Of a stretch of DNA of 64,000 bases, positions 11,888 through 23,743 are shown piece by piece. Position 1 is the stretch's first letter. Every line of letters begins with the position of its first letter. The position numbers were made by a program, and so were the translations under genes. Source of the stretch: Methanotrichaceae archaeon (lineage in GTDB: Archaea > Halobacteriota > Methanosarcinia > Methanotrichales > Methanotrichaceae). The notes beneath the pieces were generated by a model. The model was not told the origin of the DNA. It saw only the letters and a program-made list of their open reading frames with translations, and did no database searches. The stretch covers positions 128,001-192,000 of the forward strand of contig CAWEXU010000031.1 of the NCBI GenBank assembly GCA_963813075.1. The letters are read 5' to 3'.

Positions 11888-12496
11888 CTACCTCGTCCAG
11901 ACCGAACCGCTAAATCCTCCTGTCTTGGAGAGGGCCACCAATTTATTATCGGACTCGATCTGGAGGGCCAGATTGCCGTACTGCATAACGCTTCCCTTGG
12001 GAACGTCAGTCCATTCGGCGTCGATCATATTGCCGCTGATAGTGCCGCGCATGACATTGGACCAGCTCGGCATATTGGGATCCAGCTCGCCATACCACCA
12101 GACGTTTGTTCCTAGCTGGCGAATATAGTACTTGCCGCCGTCATCACAGTTCCAGACCCCGGTTAAGTCCATCGAAGCGATGGAGCCTTTGACACCGGAG
12201 ACGCAGCAGTCGCTGGGATTGGCTGCAGGAATGTCGTTTTTCAGCCAGCATCGAGCGTTGGCCCCCTGAACTCCAGGTTTGACATAGGTGAAAGCCCGGC
12301 AGTTGGGATCAGCATTGCAGGCTTGCTCGCACAGAGTCGGGTTGGCAGCAGCGAGGTCGAAACTATTGTAGTCCATTCCAGGACGGTCCGTATTCATTTC
12401 CAGGGCCATGGATTCAAAAACGCCGGTCAAGACAAAGAACAGAACAGCGATAGATACCATGGCAACCATTTCTTCCTTAGGTCTTTCCTTTATCAT
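11888..12496 (-). CDS. Secreted PAN/apple-domain protein with a C-terminal beta domain
   Basis: Signal peptide; NTDRPGMDY...CEQACNADPNCRAFTYVKPG..ARCWLK PAN motif; GGAGG RBS before ATG 12496. Confidence 0.85.
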   Translation of the reverse strand: MIKERPKEEMVAMVSIAVLFFVLTGVFESMALEMNTDRPGMDYNSFDLAAANPTLCEQACNADPNCRAFTYVKPGVQGANARCWLKNDIPAANPSDCCVSGVKGSIASMDLTGVWNCDDGGKYYIRQLGTNVWWYGELDPNMPSWSNVMRGTISGNMIDAEWTDVPKGSVMQYGNLALQIESDNKLVALSKTGGFSGSVWTR

Positions 12497-12869
12497 TTTG
12501 TAATTCCTCCAGATCATGTGAAATTAATTAATCTAAAATTGTGCCTTAAATCGGTCCGCATTTTAGGCAATTCGGAAATCCTTAGTCCTGCCAGTACCAG
12601 TGGCTCCAATTCTCTTGCTGGGCTGCTCCATAACAGAGGTCGTCATCATCTCCTCTTTTTTAGATAAGATACACTCAACTTTTAACTATTTAAAATATGT
12701 GCTAGCATGTGTCAGGATACGAGATAAAAAAAATTTGCGAAAAAATTCATCCGAGAGCTGAATCCTGAAGACCTCAGACAAGATCTCTGGCGGCATCCAG
12801 CTCCATATTGAATAATGTTAAAGACAGGGAAACGTCCAAATAGAAGCGAAACCATACCCGAAAGCTAAA

Positions 12870-13562
12870 ATGAAGCTCAAAATCTTAATCACCGGAGCCA
12901 GAGTGCATGATGTGGGATACAGGGTATTCCTTCTAAAACATGCCATGAACCTGGCTATTCCTGGGCTTTCCGTTTATAACTGGGATAAAGACGGCCAGCA
13001 ACAGGTAATAGCCCTTGTGGAAGCTGATGAAGGCAGAATAGCCACCTTCAAACAGGTAGCCACAGAGAAGAGACCTGAACTTGCCGAAGTATCCGAAGTA
13101 GCCTTTGAACCTTACGATGAAGATATAGGGCGAGCTAGTGAGTTAGCGATGTTTTGCTCTTTTGTTCAGTTAGACAAGGCAATCCCTCTTATGCTAAAGA
13201 TGAATGAAAGGTCTAGCTCATCAGATAATAAATTAGGTTCAATAGATGATAAATTAGGCTCGATGAATGAAAAAATGGACTCGTTAGCTGAAAATATGGG
13301 CTCGATGAATGAAAAAGTGGGCTCGATGAATGAAAAAGTGGGCTCGATGAATGAAAAAATGGACTCGTTGGCTGAAAATATGGGCTCAATGGCTGAAAAA
13401 ATGGGCTCAATGGCTGAAAACATGGGCTCAATGGCGGAAAACCAAAAGGAAACACTTGAGGAGATTAGGGGCCTTCGCGAGGATCTTGTTGGCAGCCGGG
13501 AATGGCAACGTAGAATTGAACGTGATATCTCAGTGATTAAGAGCAAAGTCGGAATCCGTTAG
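12870..13562 (+). CDS. Acylphosphatase-domain protein with a heptad-repeat coiled-coil tail
   Basis: ITGARVHDVGYR acylphosphatase-like motif; C-terminal GSM(N/A)EK(M/V) heptads. Confidence 0.85.
   Translation: MKLKILITGARVHDVGYRVFLLKHAMNLAIPGLSVYNWDKDGQQQVIALVEADEGRIATFKQVATEKRPELAEVSEVAFEPYDEDIGRASELAMFCSFVQLDKAIPLMLKMNERSSSSDNKLGSIDDKLGSMNEKMDSLAENMGSMNEKVGSMNEKVGSMNEKMDSLAENMGSMAEKMGSMAENMGSMAENQKETLEEIRGLREDLVGSREWQRRIERDISVIKSKVGIR
13236..13441 (+). repeat. In-frame 21-bp tandem repeat, about 10 degenerate units (GGCTCGATGAATGAAAAAGTG)
   Basis: Read directly in the sequence; encodes 7-aa repeats. Confidence 0.9.
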
Positions 13563-14141
13563 AATAGCGTATCAAACGCAATATCTAGGAAATCCCGCTG
13601 ATCTCCTGGTCTAGTGTGGCCTCAAAGGAAGCCATTTTTATGAATATCGCCCTTACGTTCTCCAGCAAAAGAAAGGAGCAACCACTGCAATGCCCGCCGC
13701 TGTGGAGATGAGAGACGCACCCAAAATTATGTTGAAGGCATCCCTTCTGGATGGCCTCCTTTTCATCCCCCCATCGGCAATGTACAAGAGCAAGCTCCCG
13801 TATAATTTCGTCCTCTTCTCCTCTTTTATGTTCCTGAGGATGGTATCATCAAGCTGCTCTTTTATTAGAGGTATAAGCGCTGCTTGCTTCCTTTATAGAC
13901 CACCCAGGGAATAAGGCAGTCAATGAGAAGAAGAAAAGCCTTCCCAAAGCTTTCCACCTAAGGAATGCAGCAGTGCCCCATCATAGCCAAGCGCCTCCAG
14001 CCTGAAGACCACCATCATCCGGTGCCAGATGATTCCAACCAGAATGATATCAATCACCCATTCCCAAAACTGGTCCTCTCAGCTCGCCAGGTCTAAACTT
14101 CTCATTAATTCATTAGCTTCCCCTGCGCTCATCTTTCAGGT

Positions 14142-15436
14142 TTAACTTCCTTTCCCATGGCATTTCTTATACTTCAGTCCGCTCCCGCAGGGGCAGGGAT
14201 CGTTTCTACCGGGCTTATAGATCACCTGGGGAACCTGGCCGTTCCGGGTGTACTTCATAATCTCTGCCGCATCCCGGCCTGAGCGCAGCTCGTGGGCCAT
14301 AAAGCGCATGGGTCCGTCGATGTGCCTGAAAAACTCCCTGTAGCCGGCGCAGAGATAATTGAGCCCCGATTCTCCATCGGGCGTCTTGATGAAGCGGTTC
14401 TTGGGGCACTCGCCGTTGCAGACGAATCTCACCTCGCAGCGGAGGCAGTATTCGGGCAGAGTATCCAGCTTATCCCGGCCGAACTTTCTGCTGCTTTTTA
14501 GAGCTGGCTATCTGGGCCATGCTCCTCTCATTGATATTGCCCAGGTAGTATTTCGGCTCCACAAAGTGATCGCATGAGTACATGTCCCCGTTGTGCTCCA
14601 AGGCCATGGCCGTGCCGCATCTCTCGGAGAAGGCGCAGATTCCGGGAGGCATTCCCATCCAGGCGGCCAGGGCCACATCGAAGATCTGCACGAACATCCG
14701 CCCCACATCCCGTCGCACCCATTCATCGAAAACCGAGATCAGAAAGCGGCCGTACTGACGAGCCTCGACTGAGCGATCGGTGACATGATCTCCTTCCTGG
14801 AATCCGGTCTCGTTGTCCCTCTCCACAATGGGTATGAACTGGATGAAGTTGGCCCGGACCTCATCTCTGATAAAGCGGTAGACCTCCAGGGGATGCTCGC
14901 CATTGGCGGCATGGACGGTGGTCAGGATGTTGTAGTCCACCTTGTGCCGGCGAAGGAGCCGGGCGGCGTTCATCACTCTATCGAAGGTGGGCCCTCCCGA
15001 TTTGTCCACCCGGTAGGCATCATGAAGCTCTCTTGGCCCGTCTAAAGATAAGCCGATTAAGAAGTTGTTCTCCCGGAAGAACCGACACCATTCGTCGTCC
15101 AGGAGAGTGCCGTTGGTCTGCATGGTGTTCTGGATGAGCATATTCGGGTACATGCGCATGTACTTCTTTTCACACTCAATCGAGCGCCTGGAAGAAGTCC
15201 AGGCCCATCAGAGTGGGCTCGCCCCCCTGCCAGGCAATGGTGGCCAGAGGGCATTGTTGGGCTTCGATGTACTGGCGGATGTAGTTCTCCAAAAGCTCGT
15301 CGGACATCCTGAAACTGCTGCCTGGGTAAAGGCTCTTTTTGGACAGGAAAAAGCAGTATTTGCAGCCTAAATTGCATGACGCTCCTGTGGGCTTGGCCAG
15401 GAGATGAAAGCCAGGCAGTGTGCTGGTTTTGCTCAT
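14142..15436 (-). CDS. Anaerobic sulfatase-maturase-type radical SAM/SPASM enzyme with C-terminal SEC-C motif (two frameshifts)
   Basis: [54 protein letters not shown] and [19 protein letters not shown]. Confidence 0.9.
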
Positions 15437-15488
15437 GTGATAGCAGATATCTCTTTTTAATTGATATTTTTATCTGATAAGCATTAAC

Positions 15489-15506
15489 TTTAAATAGCTT
15501 AAGCTT
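15489..15506 (+). promoter_or_regulatory. Conserved TATA box plus AGCTTAAGCT palindrome (copy 1)
   Basis: TTTAAATAGCTTAAGCTT, identical at 27581 and nearly identical at 25414, each upstream of a paralogous surface-protein gene. Confidence 0.65.
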
Positions 15507-15601
15507 TATAAATATTAAAGAAATCCTTCTAAATAATATCAGATTAGGCGGGATTACTCGATAAAAAAATAGCTGAAATTCCCATGTGGTGGTGTATCTT
15601 A

Positions 15602-16997
15602 ATGAAACGGACAAATTGGATATTGCTGGTCGCCTTTTTGGGGCTGGTTTTTGGCCAGATGGGCTCCGCCCTGAAATATGAGGAGCATTGTTTTATGTTC
15701 GAAAATAGTATCCCTTCTATCCAAATCGCATCATTTCCCCAGTTCGATCCGAACCTGGGTACTTTGACAAGGGTTAAAGTGACTGTGGATGCTTCGGCTT
15801 GTCAATCCTTTGCCATTGATGCCGAAGACTTTTGGTCCGCCCATACAATTGTTCATCTTGACACGACAGTATCGGCTGGAGAGCAATTTGCCCTGGTCCC
15901 ATTGGAAATATGGCGCAATGAATTTGATTCATACAATGACTTTGTATGCGGTAATGATAGCGATGAATTTATCTACGACGATCCTGCTGCTCTCGCCGAC
16001 TGGACTGGCTCAGGCAATGTGGACTTTATAACCCAGGCAGTCGATGACACAATAATAGATGCATCCGGTTCCGTCGATGCCAGAATTAGCAGCGATGCCG
16101 GTGAGACTATCTGCGTCGCCTATGAATACATTCCATTGCTTTGCATCAATGGCTCGAAGATAAATGACTGCACTGGAGAGGGAATTCCTGGCTGGGAGGT
16201 CTGCCTGATCAAACCTGATGGCGAAATGGTCTGCACCACGACCGATGAGAGCGGCGATTACTCGTTCTGCGAACTGGGGTCTGGAGACTATACAGTCTGC
16301 GAAGAAACCAGAGATGGCTGGTTGCCAAAGGGTCCGATCTGCATAGATGTGACCCTTGTGGATGAGAGTGCGGAAGGGGTCGAATTCCTTAACGAGCCGC
16401 TATTTTGCATAAGTGGCCACAAATATAACAGCAAGACCGATGCTGGCGTCTCTGGCTGGCTGATTACCCTCAAGGACGATAGTGGTGCCGTGCTCGATCA
16501 AAAACAGACCGGTACAGGGGGCTACTATGAGTTTTGCGGACTGGAGAGCGGTGACTATACTGTCTGCGAAGAGCTTAAATCCGGCTGGAAGCGGGTCGGA
16601 CCGGAATGCATAGATGTGACACTGGAATGCGCGAACTCTGAGGACAACGACTTCGAGAATAAGCCCGGCCCCAATCCCCCCTGCAGAAATGGGTGCCCGT
16701 GGTTCATCAAAAATGAGCTGTACACCGCCAGTTGCCAGGAGGTTAAGGAGGTCGATGCTAAGCAAAGGAATCCTGGCAAATGACCCGGCAGGCTCAATAG
16801 TAGCTGATCCTGAGTCGATAACCATCGACCCCAAGTACGGCACTATTGAGGTCCATGAGGATGGATCTTTTGTATACGACCCGGCTGGAGCTGCAGGATT
16901 AAATCCAGGTGCTTATGTGGTATTCAAGTACAACGCTAACAACGGAAGATGTGATGCAAAGTATCCTGGTATTGCTAAGATCCAGATCAGATGTTGA
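15602..16997 (+). CDS. Secreted surface protein paralog 1: choice-of-anchor-E-like domain, 2 SdrD-B-like domains and conserved C-terminal Ig-like domain (frameshift near 16765)
   Basis: Signal peptide MKRTNWILLVAFLGLVFGQ; FDPNLGTLTRV; TTDESGDYSFCELGSGDYTVCEE repeats; ends GIAKIQIRC. Confidence 0.85.
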
Positions 16998-17074
16998 GAT
17001 TAACTAATATTTTTTAGATTAAATACTTAAATTGACCATCAGCCCAGGGTTTCTTGAAAGCGATTCTTCGAAGG

Positions 17075-17155
17075 AATTCCCTATCAAGCGGCCAAAGCCA
17101 CTTCGAAGATCTGCGCGAACATTCGGATCACATCGCTTCGCATCCATTCATCCAG
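17075..17155 (-). pseudogene. Short degenerate remnant homologous to the sulfatase-maturase gene
   Basis: Reads DEWMRSDV/RMFAQIFEVALAA** versus [23 protein letters not shown] at about 14655-14730, with visible nucleotide similarity. Confidence 0.65.
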
Positions 17156-18336
17156 GCCCCATAAGGCGTGCGTACCTGTCTGTCAGGTGATGAGTCAAGA
17201 GGGCCACGCCAGTCATCGATGCACTAGGACATGATGTTCTCTGAAGAAGTTAATCTTATGTTGAACGCCTCTCAGGCCGGATGATATTCGGGTCATCGGG
17301 GAAAGGCTGACTGGCAGAAAGTTTCTCATTGCGGCTGAGAGTCAATGGCCTGATATAAGGCAGAAAATTCACAGATAACATAGCATACAACCGATGGATG
17401 TGAATTCTCAGGTGATTCATCCTTTAGACTGATCATCTCCATTACCTCCAGAGAATATGCTAATATAAAAACACTAAATTAACTAATATTAGGAACAGAT
17501 TGCTCATAACTTTGCAGACGTGGTTAATTATTAGATGTTAATATTAAAAGATAATTCAAGAAAATGTCAAGAGTTTTCAGTATTTTATTTATAAATAAGT
17601 GTAAATTCTTTTTCTTATTTTAAAATTGTGTCAATTACTTATTTAATATATGTTCTATAGATAATTAGGCTTAATATTAGCAGGATAATTGGATTATTCG
17701 AATTAGGCTTGAAAATAGTAATAAAAATTTGATAGTATACAATAAAGTAAATTATAAATATCGGCAATCTCAACGTCAATTGACTACAATATTAATTAAA
17801 AAATTAGATAATTTAATATATTAAAAAGAAATTTCAAATTTGCATTTGCCATATCTGATATTAATATCATAATTAGGTTAACTAATTATCCCTGCACGAT
17901 GCCGTAGTAATAACAGAGATTTAATATTATTTTTTATAATTAGAATACTGTGAAAGGGAAACACATACTAATATAAAAAATTCTTTATGTGTCGATAAAA
18001 TATACCTTTTATACGGCAAAGCTTAAATATTACCGTCTTTAATGTCAATTGGTTGCGAATTTAATCCTAGATATTGGAGGGAGTGAATCAGGAAGCAAAA
18101 GTATTTGCAGGCATAAATTTGAGATTCAAATAGGTACTAATAATAAGGTAGTAAATTACTTATAATAGATACGTACATTAATACTACCAAGAAATGCCGA
18201 GTCGAATAATCGGTTAATGAGAATTGCAGGTTAGTCTTAGCTATAAAAATTAGAAGGTGTTAATACAATAAGTTTTATATATGATTAAAAAAAGATGGCA
18301 ATTCTCGACAATAGTCGATAAGAATCCAAATTTGTA

Positions 18337-21300
18337 TTGGATGGTGAGAATTTGAAAGGAAAAGTTGTTACGTGTTTGGTGTCTCTTGCTTTATTATTCA
18401 TAACCGCTTCATTTTCGCAGGCGGACACCTTCGATCTAGCCAAAATGAATAGCCCTCCGACAGAACCATCTGTTCCTTCAGGTCCAACATCTGGCTCATC
18501 GGGAACATACTACGGCTATACCACCAAATCAATCGATCCTGATGGAAACCAGATCAGGTACACCATTGACTGGGGTGATGGAACTGTTTCCACTACCTGC
18601 TTGGTCAACCAAGGCTTAACAATAAGAGTTTTCCATAAATGGAGTGTCTCTTCTGGAACAACTGATACCTTCGACGTAAGAGTGAAGGCTACCGATCGTT
18701 ACGGGCTGGCCTCAGACTGGTCAAGTTCGTTACCTGTCACCATAACTGGTTCATCTACCACAAGCATTAATAATCCTCCATCAACACCCTCTACTCCTTC
18801 AGGTTCAACATCTGGCTCCTCAGGGATATCTTATAGCTACACTACCAGAGCAAATGATCCCGATGGAGATAAGGTTAAATATTCATTTGATTGGGGAGAC
18901 GGAACCATATCTGCCACATCTCTGGTCAGCTCAGGCACAGCAGCTAGCGCACCTCATACCTGGACGGTTGCTTCTGGATCGACCAAGACATTCAGCGTGC
19001 GCTCCAAAGCCACAGATGAGAACGGGAAGGCGTCAGCCTGGTCAAGTCCATTGTCAGTTACCATAAAAGGTTCTGCCATCTCCAGCGATAACAATCCACC
19101 ATCAACACCGTCTATTCCTTCAGGCTCAACATCTGGCTCCTCAGGGATGCTATATCGCTACTCAACCAAAGCGATTGATCCTGATGGTGACAGAGTAAAA
19201 TACATCTTCGATTGGGGTGATGGAACTGTATCCACCACATCTCTGCTCAGCTCAGGCGCATCAGCAAGTGGATCTCATATCTGGAATGTTGATATTGGAT
19301 CGACAAAGACCTTCAGCGTGCGCTCCAAAGCCACAGATGAGAAGGGAATGGAGTCAGTCTGGTCAAGTCCACTGTCAGTTACCATAAAAGGTTCTTCCGC
19401 TTCCATTGAGAACTATCCTCCATCAATTCCATCAATTCCCTCAGGTCCTGCAACAGGCTCCTCAGGAATATCCTACGGCTTCACTACCAAGTCGTCAGAT
19501 CCTGATAAGGATCAGATAAGATATATATTTGACTGGGGTGATGGAACTGCATCTTCCACCTGCCTGGTCAGTCCAGACATCACGATAAGAGTATTTCATA
19601 AATGGGCTGTCGCTTCTGGATCAAAGACCTTTGATATTCGGGTAAAGTCCATGGACGAGCACGGGATGACCTCTAGCTATTCCAGTCCATCATCCATTAC
19701 CATAACCAATGAGGCTCTCCCAAGCATTAATAGCCCGCCGGCAGCTCCATCAGTTCCTTCTGGCTCCACATCGGGCAGCTCAGGGACCGCTTACAGCTAC
19801 TCTGCCAAAGCATCTGATCCCGATGGTGATCGGGTGAAGTACACCTTCGATTGGGGAGATGGAACCACATCTGCCACATCTCTGGTCGCCTCGGGCACAG
19901 CAGCGAGCGCACCTCATACCTGGACGGTTGCTGCTGGAACAACAAAGACATTCAGTGTGAAAGCAAAGACCACAGATGAGAAGGGTCTGGAGTCAGGCTG
20001 GTCAAGCGCATTATCGGTTACCATAACCGGTCCGGCTGCGGTGAACAATCCTCCAGATAGCTCCATCAATTCCCTCAGGTTCCACATCGGGCAGCTCAGG
20101 GTCGTCCTACAGCTACTCTGCCAAGACAACCGATCCCGATGGAGATAGGGTGAAATACACCTTCGATTGGGGAGATGGAACCATATCGACTACATCCCTG
20201 GTCAGCTCGGGCACAGCATCGAGCGCATCCCATAGCTGGACGGTTGCCTCTGGGTCGACAAAGACCTTCAGCGTGCGCGCTAAGGCCACAGATGAGAAGG
20301 GTTTGGATTCGGGCTGGTCAAGTGCATTATCAGTTACCATAAAGGGTCCGGCTCCGGTGAACAATCCTCCAGTAGCTCCATCAATTCCCTCAGGTCCCAC
20401 ATCGGGCAGCTCAGGGTCGTCTTACAGCTACTCTGCCAAGGCAACTGATCCCGATGGAGATCGGGTGAAATACACCTTCGATTGGGGAGACGGAACCACA
20501 TCTGCTACATCCCTGGTCAGCTCGGGCACAGCAGCGAGCGCATCCCATAGCTGGACGGTTGCTTCTGGATCGACCAAGACATTCAGTGTGAAAGCAAAGA
20601 CCACAGATGAGAAGGGGATTGGAGTCAGGCTGGTCAAGTGCATTATCGGTTAGCATAACCGGTCCGGCCGGTGAACAATCCACCAATAGCTCCATCAACT
20701 CCCTCAGGTTCCACATCGGGCAGCTCAGGGATCATCTTACAGCTATTCTGCTAAGGCAACTGATCCCGATGGAGATCGGGTGAAATACACCTTCGACTGG
20801 GGAGACGGAACCATATCTGCTACATCCCTGGTATCTTCGGGCACAGCAGCGAGCGCATCCCATAGCTGGACGGTTGCTTCTGGGACGACAAAGACCTTCA
20901 GCGTGAAAGCAAAGGCCACAGATGAGGAGGGACTGGAGTCAAGCTGGTCAAGCCCGCTTTCGGTTACGATAAAGGGGCCGGCGACCACGGATACTACCAA
21001 TAGTCCCCCAAGAGCTCCAAGAGCTCCAATCGGCAAATTGATGGGCGATACACGATACTCCTACACCTACGAAACCGTGGGACATGATCCAGAAGGGGAC
21101 GCGATAAAATACACGTTTGACTGGGGAGATGGTACTACTTCCACCACGGGATATGTAGCATCTGGTACATATGCTAGTGCAACGCATAAATGGTCAGGCA
21201 TAGCACCAGGAGACGGCAAAGCATTTACTCTCAAAGCGATGGCTACAGACAGCCATGGAACACAGTCGGTATGGTCACAGACTGTGAATGTGATTATGTG

Positions 21301-22147
21301 TGAACCATATGTAAACTATCCCCCAGCTAATCCGGTGCTCTCTGGGCCAGCAGAAGTCGAATCTGGAGTGCCTGCCAGGTTCACAGTTGTATCCACCGAC
21401 CCGAACGAAGTAGACAAGATACGATATGTAATCCATTGGGGCGACGCTACCAATACCGAGACTGATTTTTATCCATCCGGACAGAAAGTGACCGTATATC
21501 ATACCTGGAATGTTCCGGCAGGTATAACATTGAAACCCTATATAACTGCGATAGCGGTTGATCAGAGAAATCAGGCGTCTGATTATTTCTCAAATGCGTT
21601 GAAATATAGTATAACTGGTCTTGCATCAGAGACAAGTCCTTTAATCTATACTCAAAAATCTGGATTAGAATCTGAAGCATATGATTCAATGTATATGCAG
21701 ACTGAAGGGGCTGGCTCTGATATGCAGGCCAACGAATCAGACTCCGATGAAGTGCCAATTGAAGAGGCTGTTCCCTTGGATGAGCTGTTTATTGAATCAG
21801 AGTCAGTAGATGTGCCTATCGAAGAAGAACTCCCATTTGTAATGGATGATGAATATTCCATGGCATCTAATGGTAGTGTTCTGGAGATCAGCAATCCTAC
21901 AGTGTTAGAAAACGATCAATACTGGGGAGATAAATCTTTATCTGTAACAAGCTACACTCAGCCAGCACACGCCGCGGATTTCTTCATGAATCCAGATGGT
22001 TCCTTCGCATATACTCGCACCAAGGATTATTGTGGAGAAGACAGCTTCACCTATAGGGTAACAGATGGAGATTGGGAATCCAACATGGCTACAGTCACTA
22101 TCTACATAGACTGCGATATTAGAAGTGAAGAGGAGATGACGTATTAA
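18337..22147 (+). CDS. Large secreted PKD-repeat protein (10 repeats), acidic linker and C-terminal Big_9/cadherin-like domain (frameshifts between 20050 and 20740)
   Basis: Signal peptide; repeated N.PP..PS.PSG...DPDGD.VKYTFDWGDG...H.W units; C-terminal NPDGSFAYT..DYCGEDSFTYRVTDG..SNMATVTI. Confidence 0.9.
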
Positions 22148-22530
22148 AAGCAGCTATACTCGTTAACAAGTGCATGGCTAAATTTAATCATTTTCATATT
22201 TTTTATTATTTTAAACGGGCATTATTACTATTCGTCCAAATGTCCCCTACATTAAAGTATCTATGCCTACAAATTCGAGCATTGGTGGGACAGATGGTGC
22301 AAGTAGATGAGCCAGATCTGGTTTACAAGGGCCCCTGGGTCAGAAGCGCTCAACAAAGGTTGTTCTAAACGCTTGAAACCGACTATGCTTTCCGAGGGCT
22401 ACTTGTCGATCTCTGGTGAATCTTATCTGGGATTTTCTCAATGAGACTTTCAGTGAGAAGCTTCATGAAGGTCAGATTGCTTTCCATGCAGCATCTGCCC
22501 TCCGAGCCTCCTGGAAAAAGACTTTCGCAG

Positions 22531-23117
22531 GTCAAACAGCGCACCCCGCTGCAAGCAGCGGGGCATGTTCGCGCCGTTTGCCTTCATTCGAAATCTAGCA
22601 AATTCATTTGCTTATAGGCTTCCTTTTCTTCAGGCGTTCCTTGTGTTTCAACATAATTCCGTATGGTGTCAGCCATAACACCATCACCTACAGTTCCAAC
22701 ATAACCCCCATCGCTCCAAAATTCTCCTCCCCAAAGCTGTTTTTTTACTTCAGGATACTTTTTAAAAAATTCTCTTGCGGTTATACTCTTTACAATTTGC
22801 ACAATCCTTGAAGGCGAATATCTTGGCGCAGCGCCAACAAAGATGTGAACATGATCGCCATCAGTACCAATTGCATCGAAATCGAAATGATATCGTTCAC
22901 CAATCTCACTGCATATAAATTTAATATAATTAATACGATCGATATCTTGGAGTAACTTTCTTCTATATTTTATACTAAATACCATATGATATCGAATTTT
23001 ATAGGCACAATGACTTGCCTTTTTAACCTCAATCATTTGGCATCGAATATGCCGCTTTCCTTAAGTCGGTTTCCTGACCATCCCAGCCGCAGCAAGCTGC
23101 GGGGTATTCATTTAAAA
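22531..23117 (-). mobile_element. IS200-type (IS200/IS605 family, tnpA only) element
   Basis: Subterminal hairpins CCCCGCTGCAAGCAGCGGGG (~22544) and CCGCAGCAAGCTGCGG (~23087); TTAT target next to the left end on the minus strand; no target duplication. Confidence 0.9.
22584..23036 (-). CDS. tnpA: IS200/IS605 Y1 transposase TnpA
   Basis: YHMVFSIKYRR, DHVH (HUH), LWGGEFWSDGGY and IRNYVETQ (catalytic Tyr). Confidence 0.95.
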   Translation of the reverse strand: MIEVKKASHCAYKIRYHMVFSIKYRRKLLQDIDRINYIKFICSEIGERYHFDFDAIGTDGDHVHIFVGAAPRYSPSRIVQIVKSITAREFFKKYPEVKKQLWGGEFWSDGGYVGTVGDGVMADTIRNYVETQGTPEEKEAYKQMNLLDFE

Positions 23118-23429
23118 ATAAAATCTGTCCCTGTCCATCTAACGGTTCATGATCAAAACGATATGGATATCCTAGCCAAAGAAGGCACCTCTGTTCTCAG
23201 AAAGCACAAAATTCTTCGCATGACCAGCGAGGCTCTTGATCAAGACGGTCTCCTGGCTCAAGAGGACCTTGTTGTCCTGCTTTGCAGTTCCCGCAGAATA
23301 ATCCGTCGCGATATCAAGGATTGCAAAGATGTTTTTGAAGGTTACGAGTACACTGACATCGAACGTAAAACGGGTCATTCTGGCTTTTTAACCCAGATAT
23401 CTCTCAGGATTTTTAAAATCGATCAGACT

Positions 23430-23743
23430 CTACCTTCGCGAGAGGGCTGAATGATCTTTCGGTTTTTGGGAATGATCTCCTCCGCCAATCCTTCTTGCAC
23501 ATCTTTGACCTGGTGAAGATACTTTTTCACAGTGTTCCGGGATATGTTCAGTTCGCGGGCTACTTTTTTGTAGGATTTATGGAGTTCGTACAGGTCTACG
23601 ATTCTACGTACATCTGCCATCGTTTTCACCTTACCGCCCACCTCTCAGAGTACTTGGAGAGGGAAGGCTTTCCTTCTTGGGGGGGTCAAAAACGAATTGG
23701 CGTTTCCTTAAATAGAGGGGTCAAAATTGAGTCGGCGAAAACA
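23430..23743 (-). mobile_element. IS21-family remnant (left end plus istA N-terminal HTH)
   Basis: End reads TGTTTTCGCCGACTCAATTTTGACCCC on the minus strand, with a second repeat CGCCAATTCGTTTTTGACCCC; ORF with KVARELNISRNTVKKYL. Confidence 0.75.

Larger units (their letters stand above)
22290..23420 (+). pseudogene. DUF1670-family gene 1, degenerate and split by IS200
   Basis: LHEGQIAFHA..EPPGKRLSQ | IKSVPVHLT...KILRMTSEALDQDGLLAQEDL...SSRRIIRRDI; the frame is restored on removing 22531-23117. Confidence 0.7.

Noticed and set aside
13600..14070. Possible gene between the acylphosphatase and the radical SAM gene
   Set aside because: Coding-like composition but stops in all frames and no recognisable motif.
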